Source of the DNA: Utricularia gibba
Taxonomy: Eukaryota > Plantae > Magnoliophyta
Assembly (NCBI GenBank): GCA_002189035.1
Contig: NEEC01000018.1
Location: 1,860,001-1,924,000, forward strand
Length of the DNA: 64,000 bases
Direction of reading: 5' to 3'
The position numbers were made by a program, and so were the translations under genes. Within the stretch, counting starts at the first letter, position 1. Each line of letters opens with the position of its first letter. Positions 1 to 14,836 of this stretch are shown in pieces. The notes under the pieces were generated by a model. The model ran no database searches. It saw only the letters and a program-made list of their open reading frames with translations, and was not told the origin of the DNA.

Positions 1-271
1 TTCTTTCTTCTGAATCACTTTGGATCCTGTGCGAATTCAGGCGCCAGGGCTCTTAAACTGATAAAGATTCGATTTTTATTAAATTAGAATGTTATGAACT
101 ATTCACCCATTCAATATTCTTAAAATATTTGGTAGGGTTTGGATAACGGGAACCGACTTAACATCCGTCTGCCCCAAATCGGAACCCTGCGTATCTCCGG
201 TCCTCTTCCGGCGAATTCCTTCTGCCTTCCTTTTCAATTCCTGAAATCGGCTGCTCCAGTGATCCCTGAAG

Positions 272-2805
<2,534 letters not shown>

Positions 2806-3299
2806 AGAAGCTCTCCTCCTCCGTTCATCTCCGGTCTCTCTCCTCTTCCTACGCGAAGCAGGTAAAGATGATTCTGCTGCCGCTGCCATCATCTCTCAAG
2901 GGTAGTCTGATTCTATCTATACATTGGCTGTTACTCTCCATGGCTGGTTATGGATTTTGGTCGTTAGATGCATACACACTGTGTCTTCTTTAACGGTTAT
3001 CTGAAACAGTAAGAATGTACAAGCTCTGCGAAAAAATGCATGTTGTGGCCCTAAAATGCACCAACAGCTTTGTATGGATTGGATCGTCCAAACATGGTGG
3101 TTTTTCTATCGTTCAAGCCTGAAATTACTCGGGCATGCGGCTAAACATGACAAGGCCATTCTTTTTCTCTTTACAGTGAATCTAATCCAACAAAATATGC
3201 CCCCTAATCCAACAGAAGGCACAACAGAGGCTAATGCCACTAAACTCTTGACCAACAGAAAGCAAGCTTTTGGAGAAGAAAGAAGATGTTGAGAAGAAT

Positions 3300-3396
3300 C
3301 AAGTGCCATGTCTTCCCACAGCATTCTTGAGCTTCTTCTTTGTCTGTGAGCTCAGACAGGAGAAGTTCAAGAAAGCTGTGGAAAAGCAAGACCAAG
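3300..3396 (-). ncRNA. MIR396: MIR396 precursor hairpin (mature miR396 on 5p arm 3383-3363; star on 3p arm 3332-3312)
   Basis: Plus 3363-3383 AAGTTCAAGAAAGCTGTGGAA is the exact reverse complement of miR396b-type UUCCACAGCUUUCUUGAACUU. The partner arm GCUCAAGAAUGCUGUGGGAAG lies about 30 nt downstream on the minus strand. Flanks GGTCTTGCTT and GACATGGCAC resemble canonical MIR396 basal stems. Confidence 0.95.
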
Positions 3397-5204
3397 ATTC
3401 AAAAACACCTGCAAAAACAGCCGAGCTCCTGAGAAGAAGAAGAACAACAACAACAAGTGTTGATGAATGGGAAGGAAGGGATGCAACTATGTATGCTTTT
3501 GGTGAGCTATGAAAGTGGAGGAGGACCACTCTACATAATTCAGCAAAAACCAAACACAGCTTTGGCAGAGGGTAAGGAGAAAGGTAGGGTTACTCTTCAC
3601 TCTCATTGCTCGCAATGCTTACATAAAAGTGAGCAAGACCAAGTGGGGTATGAAAATGCATGTACAGTAACCCCCCTTATGAAATCAAAAATAACTGCTG
3701 CTATGCTCCTAGGGTTAAACAGTAACAGATGAATCCAACAATGCTCACCAGTTGCAAAGGATGAATACCCCAATCTTACAAATGGGATCTGTGTCCAAGA
3801 GTCATGCCTTAGTTAATATCCTCTAAGTCATAGGATCCACCAACACCCTTTACCAGATCTGGGTTAAGTTTCAACAAAAACATGTTCTAGCCAACAACAA
3901 TAAATTGAAGAACTAAAAGCTAAACAAAAAAGACAAGAAATGGGGAGAGGGGATGATGAGTCACTTGCCAAACCCTGAGAAAAAAAAAAGATTGTCGTTT
4001 GTTAGCAGTATAACCTGTTATTACATTCACCAGCCCCAGCCACCTACGACTACGATTATTACAACCAAAAGTACAGTTCTCTTCTCCTGTTGATGCCATA
4101 TCTTTTTTTAACAAATTTTTTTCGAGAACTGATGATCGATTGGCAGTTCCATCTGTCTCCCACTACGAGTGCCTACAGTTCAGTTTCACGTGGAGGCCAT
4201 CACTCGAGCTGGATGGATGCCTTTCTCTGTGATGTGGATCCTAGGGTTTTCTATGCTTTCTTTCTCTTTTTTTTTTTCTTTTTTTGTACCATCCCCATCT
4301 TGAAATATTATCGAAGATTCGAAATCAGAGACCTCAAAATCCTCGAACCACTTATTCCGGCACTAGCCCTTCCCTCAACCCCACCCCACTTTTTTATTTC
4401 ACTTAACGAACAAATATGCATAAAGTGAAGGAAGGGGATAAGGCCTCCAAATACTTTACAACTTCTTTACCTCTGCAGCGAAAAAGAGGAATCAAAACTG
4501 CTACTCAGTCATTTACAGGTCGTTCAAAACTTCTGGTGGGGGATGAGTTTTGTATCACTACCGGCGGAACCCATCTTCGAGGTACTAGTTCTCGGTTTGC
4601 GGTTCGATTTGTTCTCCGGCGATCTCGAACCAGATGCATCAGAGAGTATGCCCAACGAAGCCAGCGTTCGTGAGTGCGCAAATATTCGAATTTGAAAGTG
4701 AAACATCCCCCCCGACAAACAAACACTGAAATCTGAAGGCACGTGAAGGTAAGTCAAAGTTCGGTGACTGAATTTGAATGTAAGAAACTCCCACTCCAAT
4801 AAATGCTGGTTGGATTTCTTTTCTTTAAAATAAAACGAGTGATGGGAAAAACGAAAGAACGTGTGATCAGTCGAGTCCCGGAAGAGTCGACCGCACGACG
4901 GACGTGTCAGAAATCTGCATGCACGTCCCGGAGACACGTTCTGTTGCGGACCATGCTACTGATTATATGCTGCACTCAGCCTTTTTTTCCAATAAGAATT
5001 GAAAAATATGCATAAAAATCAAATTAGTGTCCAAGTTTAGACCTTTTTTTGCGTGCTTTCATGTCTGCTATGGAGTCGTGTGTACGGATTCTCCGACCTA
5101 CCAAGCAAAGAAGACGAGGGGAAAAATTAGAAAAGTTAAAATGGAGGGGCTGTAATAAAATATAATTTGATAAAAGTGTAGGGGGGTGATTTACAATTTT
5201 GTAA

Positions 5205-5250
5205 ACTGGGCCGAGGGCTCAAGGTGCTTTGGCCCAACAGGCCCATAAGG
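5205..5250. promoter_or_regulatory. Cluster of site II (TGGGCY/GCCCA, TCP-type) elements upstream of the hydrolase gene
   Basis: TGGGCC, GGCCCA and GGCCCA within about 45 bp, 110-155 nt upstream of the ATG. Confidence 0.45.
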
Positions 5251-5359
5251 TTCAATAACGGAAATTTGAAACCCGCGAGAATTGTGGACGACGAATGAGT
5301 GGCAGTTGAACTTACAGTCGATAAGATTCCGATTTCAAGGTTGGACAAGCGCCGCCGCG

Positions 5360-7281
5360 ATGCATTCGTCTTTACTTTTTCCGCTGCCGATGTGCGTCTC
5401 TCGGCCGATGTCCGCTTTCTCATCGAACAGATACTCCCTGAACAAAACGCTTAGCCGAGGAAGTACAATGGCGAAAGCTTCAGATGACAGCAATGAAAAT
5501 CAAGGTTTCAATCCATTCGGGTTCGTTACGGATAATCCATCCAGCCGCAGCGCGATTCAGCTCGATGCGTCTCCAGCCGAAGACGGGAACGTTGGACAGA
5601 TGCTATATGTATGTGATTTTTTCCGAAAACTTATTCGGATTCAATGTTTGGATTTTTCTTTCATCCGGGCGGTTTGGGCGTCTTGTTCAGAGAATAGAAG
5701 GTAAGGGACAAGAGTATGGCTCCTACATCGATTCTGGCGGTTTTCGTTGGTTTGTTCGGGAAACAGGTGTGTTGCTATGGTTATGAAGAGCCTGGGTGTG
5801 ACTTCTGGAAGGATAACCTTTTTCCTTCATGTTCAGGATCTTCGGAGAGCAGACGAGAACCCATTGTGTTTCTCCATGGAGCTCCAACTCAATCCTTTAG
5901 CTATCGGGTTGTGATGTCACAGGTCCTGCGATCAAAGAATGCAGCCTGTAGTTTATTTTTTATCCTGCTATGTATGGTTAAAATATCCCCCTTCCCCCTT
6001 CATATGCTAGATGTCGGATATTGGGTTTCATTGTTTTGCTCCAGACTGGATAGGATTCGGTTTCAGTGACAAGCCCCAGGGAGGATACGGCTTCGATTAT
6101 ACAGGTCTTTGGGATCTTATTTCAGGTCACATTGTATCACCAACTGAATGTAAAAATGTTGATGTTGTGAAGTGGTGTAACCAGAGAAAGAATATCATGA
6201 AGCTTTGGATGGATTACTAGATACCCTCATGATCAATTCTCCATTTTTCCTTGTTGTTCAGGTTTGATTTCGGGTTTCCATCTTTTGATCGCTGGAAGTT
6301 AAGTTTGTCACCTGGTGTTTTTTCTTCAGGGATTTTTAGTAGGATCTTATGGGTTGACTTGGGCTTTGAAGAATCAAAGCAGAATATCGAAGCTTGTAAT
6401 CCTAAACACTCCATTGACAAACTCTTCTCCAGTTCCTGCACTCTTTCAACAACTCAGGTCTCTTGCTAGGAGTTTCAATTTGATCTGTTTCGTATGTCTT
6501 CTCACTCTGAGATTGATCAGGATACCGATTTTTGGGGAGTTCACTTGCCAAAATGCAATTATGGCAGAGCGCTTCATTGAAGCCGGTAGTGCGTATGTAT
6601 CAAGAATATGTTGTCATCTGAGAAAGCTAGCTTTTTCTTTATTCAGAGACCACCATACTCTGGATTCCAAATACTGTGATCCTTCCCTTGCGTTTTCTGA
6701 TAAAAAGAAAACATGGCAGCTATTCCCTGAAACTGGAAAAGGCGGATGTTTACCGATTACCATATCTATCCAGCAGTGCACCAGGATTTGGTTCGTATTT
6801 TACAACCAGAAAAGATTTTCAGCTTCCTAGTAAATAATGCGTGCCCCTGAGAGTGGTTCAATCTTTATCTTCTAGCTCTGCTTGATGCTGCAAAAAAGGC
6901 CGACTTCAGAGAAATCACCACCCGAATATCAGCAGGGTTTGCATCCGCAAGGTCAGTGGCAGCAGTAAACAAGCCTATGGTTTGCTCATAGTATAAACCA
7001 TTGAAACTTGATCAGCTGGGAGAAGCCAATACTCATAGCATGGGGAATATCAGACAAGTATCTGCCGCGGACAGTGGCTGAAGAATTCCAGAAAGCAAAT
7101 CCTCAACTGATAAGCCTCAATATGATTGAAGGAGCTGGCCATATGCCGCAGGAGGACTGGTATGCAGCCTTTTTCACTCATATGAACATGACTCCTTGCA
7201 GCTCCAAGCAAGATTCACTGACTTTTGTTTATCTGCAGGCCGGAGAAAGTCGTCGAAGCCATGAGGTTTTTCTTGTTGTAG
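5360..7281 (+). CDS. Haloalkane-dehalogenase-like alpha/beta-hydrolase, probably plastid-targeted
   Basis: Ser/Arg-rich N-terminus, then FNPFGFVTDNPSSRSAIQL, FLHGAPTQSFSYR, APDWIGFGFSDKP, IAWGISDKYL and GAGHMPQEDWPEKV, assembled over about 11 GT-AG exons. Stop TAG at 7279-7281. Confidence 0.9.
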
Positions 7282-7561
7282 CATACAGATCATCTCCCTC
7301 CAATGTCTGATGGCCAAGATATACAGCAAGATAGGTAACACAAACATAGGAAAATGTGAAGTTGAAACAGAGGAACGCTGTTGAAGCCATGAGAATTATA
7401 CATACTATGATATTCAATCGTGAGATGTTACATAGAACAGCTATCATAATACAGGCAATCACTGCAACACAAGAACAGAAGATATATTTCAAAACTGCAA
7501 ACCGGACAGATGAGCTTCTTCTTCTCTATATCTCCTATCTCCCCATCCACCATCAGGATTC

Positions 7562-9556
7562 CTAAACTCCAAGGCTTGATTTCAGCCATTGGCGTACCTC
7601 ATCCATCTCCTTGGGCACTGTGTAGTGTCCAACCCTGTACAAGAACACCATATTGTAGCCCAGCAAGGTTAACAGAAAACAGACAAGGCAAAGTTTGTGC
7701 TGTCTATACCCTTCATAGGTTTTGAAGGTTAGGCTCCTGAAACCTGCTAAGCTCAGGACATGGAACGACTTTTCTCCATGCTTGTGAGGAACGACATCAT
7801 CGCCTGGAAAAAGGGAAGCAATCACCATTTTGATACAAAACACAAGAATGAAGTGATGATGCTTACACTGTCCATGAGAAAGCAATATCGGCAGAAACGC
7901 AGCACGTCGAGAATACTCATGTGATATGTCTAGCTTGTTCTTGATGTTGCTGTGTTAAGAACCATATTCAAGGTTAAGGCTACCAGACTTCCATTGCTTT
8001 CATAATGCTACAATGCCGGGATACCTTGCACAGGGAAGCCAACCACTTAGACCGACGACAGCGTGGAGAGTGACAGGGTAAGGGGAGCCATTTTGGTACT
8101 TCCCGGAAGCAAAGCAAGTGGCAGAATACAATGCAGTAGCTGCACCCATGCTGAAACCTCCAATTCCTAGTTTAACTGCAATTTCCAATGCCAAACAGTG
8201 TATTACGGCTTAAGATGTGAACATCAGAAGCAATGGTCCGCTGCTTAGGAGCATAGAAACTTACTGTCAGCAGGCTCTGTAGAAAGCAAATTAGCTACAT
8301 GTGCTGCTGAGGCATCCAGACCTTCAAAATCATCTGGAGAGTCATCAGAGAGCTCTCCAACATTGAACCCTGCAACAAAACATAAGAGATTTTATTTTTT
8401 TAATTCAAGATGTACAAGTTTATGGAATCATTGAGTATCACAGGTACCACTCACAAGCAGTGCAAGGAAATCCACCCAGTATGGCCACCGGTTGAGTCGG
8501 AGCAGTAGGGCATATCCATTTTATCTGTAAGAAGTAACAACAATGTGTTGCTTATGCAACTAGCCAACAGCAGAGTTGGTTTAAAGATTACAAGAAACGT
8601 GGCTTACATTAGGAAGTGGAAGACTTTCGAGGAGTTGTGACCAACTGGAGAATGAAAATAATCAGAAAAAGAGGTCTTTAATAAAAGACTGAAGTTAAAT
8701 GTGTATGCATCATCAATCAGCACAAGAGGTCCATTGCGTACACAGCTTATGCTGCATCATTGCTTTTTAGCAAAAGCAACAAAGACGAATGATACGTGGG
8801 GCATGATACCAACCCATTTGGCCAGTTGAAAATAATAGAAAATGGAAAAGAACAAATTCTTTCATATCAGAGAGAAGCCACATATCCAACTCAACATCAA
8901 CTAAATCATACCAGGAATATTCTTAAAAAAGCTTATGCCCTGGAAAGTATAAGTTTGGATTAATCGAAGCATCACAACATTGACATTCTGAAGTGTAGAC
9001 TAACATCTCTTGGAGGGAGATAAACCACTTTTTCATTGAGTGCACAGCATTATACCAAAAAAATAAAAAAACAGTTTCAGCTTCCTTTGCAATCAAAGGC
9101 TTGTTCTTTGCAACTTAAATCTAAACTAGTTAAATGAAACTACGACCACTGATTGATTAATCTGTGAAAAGGTAAAAGGGGAGATGTAATTTGCAGATAG
9201 GGAGCATCAGACTGTACCTGGAACCGTTGTCACCAAGTCCATGAAGCCAAACAACAGTAGCCATATGTTTTCCCTTAGGCTTAACTACATATGTCCTCCC
9301 AAACTCCAATGTTCCTTTTCCAATTCTGCTCCCTGAAGTATAATCATTGAATTACTAACAAAAACCCTATTTCGAGAAGCAAATAAACTATTCAAGCATA
9401 TCGCAGAACATATAAATACAGAACCAGAAGCTGTTCACATGAACTCTAAAGGGGCATTTAGCCTACAAAAAAAGCTGATAATGGGGATGACAAAAGCACA
9501 AAAGTATAGAATTTGGGCAGCTCACCAGAGCCCACTGATGCATGGGAACAGCTCAT
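7562..9556 (-). CDS. Acyl-protein thioesterase / lysophospholipase (phospholipase/carboxylesterase family), 9 coding exons
   Basis: WLHGLGDNG, IKWICPTAP, GFSMG nucleophile motif, LSGWLP, HGQCDDVV and GHYT; all junctions are in phase. An acceptor near 9620 indicates a 5' UTR intron. Confidence 0.93.
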
Positions 9557-11039
9557 TTTTGGCGTTGAGGATAAGCTTTACACAGTATATAGCAGTATGA
9601 AGCAGGGGACCTCAGTTGCTACGAAGATAAGTGAACAGACCCTCCTCTATTTATATAGGGAAGGAATGGCGAAAGGGGAATAACATATTCTATCTGTTAA
9701 ACAGCTACACAAATCTAACAAAGCTCGGAAAAGGAGATAGCATCCATGGAAAAGAAGGTGAGACAAATGGACCAAAGGTTTTCAATCTTTTTTCAACATC
9801 AAATCCAAAAAAGAATCAAAATGAGCGGCAAAAAGAAAAAATCAAAAAAACGATAGAATTAATTCATTCATTTGAAAATTTCGCTTAGCCGTTGAGGTTG
9901 GAGGATTCTTGGTTTACAGCAGGAGAGAAGAATCTATGCTTCCAACTCAATCTCCACAAATGCTGATGAAAAACTACAGGGAATAAATTCAGTTTTTACA
10001 ACAAGAATTGATTTTTGTTGAATAATCCAATGAAAAATCTTGATTTTGGCTTTCGGGTAATGCCTTGATGGATGGCCATTATCTTCGCAAAGAAATAGAA
10101 GCGTCAAGGTTTATAATCATTGTGACCTAGAAAATTCTGACGCTGAACGGCAGCAACTCCCCTCTCACTCACTGATAAAAACTCAGAGAGTGGAAGGGGA
10201 ATATTCGCCTTTTTTCTATGGCGTAGTTGAGTTTGGACTAAAATCTTCTCATCCATCAAGAACTTGCCACACAAGCGGCACTGGCTGCGAAACACAGACG
10301 ATACTTTCTTTGCAGTATGATTGCGACGGCATACCCCACATCGCTTCTATAAAGCAAGAAGATCAGAATATATGCAGCGTATGAGTTAATTTGGAAAATT
10401 GAAAATTCTAAAACTCCCTCAATTCCCTGAATCCTGGCTCATGTGCTGCTTTTTTAAGCCATTGGGCCATCTACTTTTGGGCGAAACCATTACGAAATCC
10501 AGCCCAACACGCCCATATGTAAAGACCAAAACACCCTAAATGATCTTTCACAGCGTCTCATTAGGACAGCCTGAAAATAAAAACGATCCATCCACTGGGA
10601 TTCCGACGCGCCGACGACTGATCTTGCTGCTCTTCAGAGGTTTTCACCATGGTGCCTCAGACAGCGACTCAATGTGGACACCGGACGCCAACAAACGGTA
10701 CCGGTCCATGAAATTCAGGCCATCCCTGGCTCGTATACCGTACATAAGCCGGCATCCACGCGGCCCCATTTCGGGTCGAGTATAGAAGGGATCTAAAGCG
10801 CAGGGCCCAGGCTGGTATACCAAAATAAACTGCCGCAACTGGGCCGGAGCACAGGTCCGCATGAGACGCCCACGCCGCGAACTCGTAGATTTTGGGGGGC
10901 GTTTATACCCTGGGCTGGAACGGGCTCTTGTGACGGCCAAGATCCGGTGAACTAATTGGCTGTACTGTGCAAATCAACGGTGGGCTGCAGACCACATTCG
11001 TTATTTAGCTGGTGGATTGGCCGCACCCTAATTTCATCC

Positions 11040-11795
11040 ATGGCGGATGAAGCATCTTCATCGTATTTCCTGCTCGTCGCTGGGGAAGCAGACGGTTTTG
11101 AATCGGGATGGGTCGAGGCTTTGACCCACTGCGACCATCTGGGCTCGTTGTCGGAGGATTTAATTCATATCCCGGCGCCGGACACTCCCTGCAGTAGGTC
11201 CGTTCCCTTATCCGAATTATGGGTTTCACTGTCGATCTGAAAAAAGGTACAATCTTGATACCGTAGAGACTAGGGAGGGTACAGAAACAAAATATGTTCC
11301 TTCAATTCTCTAGTTTCTATCTAACTCGAGCTTATAGTCGAAACCCATGTCAGTTATTTGGGCATTTGATTTGCTAGCAGCATTTTTTGAGCACAAGCCA
11401 GCTTCTTTTGCCCCTAATTCTGATTCCACTCAGCTGTCAGACTCCAGAGGAGAACTGGCTCTGCTTATGCTGCAAGGATGTGTTCTGCAGCCGTTTCGTC
11501 AACAAGCACATGTTGGAGCATTATCAACGTGAGCACCATGTCCTCGCTTTGAGCTACAGGTTCTTCTCTTATTCTTCCCTCCTCGCACTCCTGTTTCTGC
11601 TCCACTCAATTTGTGTTTTGAAGCAGTGATCTCTCTGTGTGGTGCTTCTCGTGTGATGCTTATCTTGACGCCCAACTTATAGCGCAACTGCGGCCCGCTT
11701 ATGAAGCTGCATACATCTTGAAGTTCGGCTGTGCCCCTCCCTTCCGTTCGGTGCCTGAAATACCACCTGCTGGTGCAGAGGAGAAGACGCGATAG
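11040..11795 (+). CDS. Stand-alone ZnF-UBP (BUZ) ubiquitin-binding protein, HDAC6 C-terminal-like, 150 aa
   Basis: Exons 11040-11197, 11434-11559 and 11627-11795 give CDHL...CSSCQTPEENWLCLCCKDVFCSRFVNKHMLEHY...HVLALSYSDLSVWCFSCDAYL, the ZnF-UBP ligand pattern. No catalytic domain is encoded. Confidence 0.88.
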
Positions 11796-13418
11796 AGAGA
11801 CTTCTTGTTCCATGAATCTTTCTTCCCTTTGAGGCGGTTGTGACGTTTTTAACCATTGCTAGCCAAATGTTTGTAGTATCCCTGCCTCTCATTGACTTCC
11901 AGTATCAGGTGCAGTTTTCAAGGATGATGTCATCCGCTTCTAGAACGGTGGTTCGTTTGTCGGCGTTCTCCTATTCCCACGCTGATCCCGAAGTCCTGGA
12001 CCCTCATCGCCATCTCCACCTGCGGGACACACAAACCAGAACACCAGCACTGTAACTAGCAACCAGTGTTCACTCATAGTGCTGATTGAATGAGCGCCGA
12101 GGTGGCTGAGTTTGGTAGAGAAACGGCGGCGGCGATTCGACCGAAACTTGCATCGCAGATTCACAGACATGAACAGGGGTTAGGGTTTTGATGAGGAACC
12201 CCAGGGATTCAAGAGAAGCAGCGACGGAACACACACAGGGTCGCAAATTCCGAAACCAGTTTAAATAATAATTAACTTACATAATTATTTAAAACATTTA
12301 ATTAATATTAATTTAAAACACTAAATATGATATTGTCTTTCATTTATAGACATTGATATACCTCATAAATTATTAACTATTCGTCATATATGAAGATTAA
12401 TCTTTGTCGATACTTATATCTATCAATCGATATTATGCATCTAGCATGTTGCATTCGTTTCTTTTGTTCTTGAGTCATGAATTTTAGTTATGTATTAAAA
12501 AGCACATTTAAAATAGTTTAAACTCAATTTTTATAATTTATTTGTGAATTTTAATAGATTCCAACGTATTTTAAAACACAGGAATAGTAAACAACTTGAC
12601 CCGGTGAAGAGCCGGTTTTCACCACTTTTAACTATGGGTGTGACCGGACCGGACCGTCGGACACGCAAGCTGCTTCGAGGAAACCTGGGCCCGGTCCAAC
12701 GAGAAGTGCGACACGGAACTTGGACGGACTCTCTCCCCGGGTCAGCCACGCTTATCTGGCACGGATATTATTGATATATTATGGTATCTAGGTTTAGGTG
12801 GGAAGACTCGGTATGAAATACCCGCACTGACTCCGCTAATTCGCACGTTTTTTTTGAAAGAAAAAAATAATATTAAAAGAATAAACAGTAAATTGTACTA
12901 GAAAAGTAATAAAATAGCATTTTAAAAATTGGTGTTTATGCTTCTAAATACACATTCGAAAATTACGTTTATTTGATATACGTGCTATTTGGATGTATTA
13001 GAAAAATGAACACCCTCCTTTGAGTATATGAAAAAAGTAGTCAGATGATCATTTTTGTAAGTGATTTTTAATATATATGTTATTCGTAAAATATTTACAC
13101 AGTCATATTTTTTTTTATTAATGTAGTGAATTTTGAGTTATTTTTTGTAATAACACTTTATGTTTATTACAAAGAAATTGTTTTTGCAAGAGATGGGGAT
13201 GGGGTGGCGCTCACTGATTTGTACAAATGTGAAAGGTATTATGAGGGAGGGGTGGAGTCTCCATTTTCCAAATTTCAAGGTCCAACAACAGCGCGGCACA
13301 TGTCATAAATTCATGGAAGAAAAGGGAACCCAGAACGAAATGCTCTTCGAGAACTTTTATTACTCTGTCAACTCAAACATCCGGCGCTTCGGAGATTAAT
13401 TCAATCATGGGCACGCTC

Positions 13419-13426
13419 TATAAAAG
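13419..13426 (+). promoter_or_regulatory. TATA box of the Nudix gene
   Basis: TATAAAAG about 58 nt upstream of the ATG at 13477. Confidence 0.55.
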
Positions 13427-13476
13427 CGCGTTTACCGGCGGAACTGCACATCACCTCCTCCTTATCGGGTTTCATC

Positions 13477-14442
13477 ATGTCCATGGAAATCAAGGAGTTG
13501 GCTTCTTCGCCTCCGCGTTCTGGTAGGGACTTACAGCGGTACAGCAACAAGGGGTTTCGATTGGTTGTTGGGTATGCATTTTGTTTGTTTTTTTCCTTTC
13601 TGGGTTTTGTTTTTTGTGGTTGTTTTCTTCCTTTTGTTGGATTTCCTAGTCTGGGCGTTGCCAAAAGTCTTATCTTTCCTTTTGGAAACTACGTAGATGT
13701 ATACCGTACAGAAGAACCAATGCCACTATTTCGCATGCTAATCCTCTTGAGGGTGTGGAGGTTCTGTTGATTAGTTCCCAGAAAAGCCCCAATATGATGT
13801 TCCCTAAGGTAACTAAACTTTAAGCCTGTTGAAGTGAAGCTCAATAGATCACATAACGATGAGCGGGGTAATTAAGTAGTTCCTGACTTAATAGGGCGGT
13901 TGGGAACTTGATGAGGATATACAGTTTGCTGCCTCAAGAGAAACCTTGGAGGAATCTGGTGTTGTTGGCGAGCTTGAGGTCAAGTTAGGGGAATGGACCT
14001 TCAAGAGCAAAAGCCAGGAGAAGTTTCACAAGGCATCAATGTTCTCCTTGTTGGTCACTGAGGAATTAGATAATTGGCCCGAGAAAAATTCTCGTCACCG
14101 AGTTTGGGTAAGTGGGTGTTTTTCTTTTCTTTTCTTTTTTTTTTTTTTGTCATTGCCGCTTCCATGGCATTGATTCACGATTTCTGATGCAAATGCTGAT
14201 TTGGGACTGGGTGCATGCCTGTGCAGCTGAACATCAAGCAAGCCAGAGAAGCCTGTGTCCATTGGTGGATGAAAGATGCTCTTGATGCGTTAGTATGTGA
14301 AATAGCTCGGCCTCGGGAAGTCGAGCTAGAGCAAATGGGAAGATGCTGCAGAAGGGAAGAAATAGGATGTAGAAGAAGCAGAAGCTTGAAGCTGCACAGC
14401 GATGGCGACTGCGGCTTGTTGGTCAATAACCTAAGAGCATGA
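13477..14442 (+). CDS. Nudix hydrolase, NUDT17/18-like (DIPP subfamily), 4 exons
   Basis: SGRDLQRY...RLVVGCIPYR, then LLISSQK...MFPKGGWELDEDIQFAASRETLEESG (Nudix box), ELDNWPEK and WWMKDAL. Confidence 0.92.
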
Positions 14443-14836
14443 CAAATAAAGCAGCTGGAGTATGTAGTTGGTGGAGCTGGGGGTTGTTAGGATAGACTGC
14501 TGATGTTTCATTCTTTGATTCTTGGATTCTTTGAGTGGCACTCAGAGATGCATATGCTCTCTTTCTGTGCAACTCTTGCTGATGACGTTAGTGTTTTCTT
14601 GTGTCATCTCCTGTGAAATGAATATTATTTGATATTTAAAGAAAATTGTGAATTCCCATGAAATTACAGATCCCTAATCGGCTAATCTTATTCACCAAGA
14701 AGTAAATGAATCCCCTCTGAGTTAAAGACAAAATTTTTATTGTAGAATTTGGCGAAGGTCGGAATTGGGGATAAGCGCTGCCCTAGGAGAGGGATCTGAT
14801 TGGCATCCGCGGTTGCTCCCAGTTCTATTGAAGCTA

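Noticed and set aside
9032-9050. TCATTGAGTGCA, matching the first 12 nt of miR397
   Set aside because: It diverges after 12 nt, has no complementary arm, and lies in a thioesterase intron.
12124-12139. 16-mer CGGCGGCGGCGATTCG shared with the PRMT7 first exon (about 27488-27503)
   Set aside because: Mostly a GGC repeat, and the similarity does not extend, so it is no evidence of duplication.
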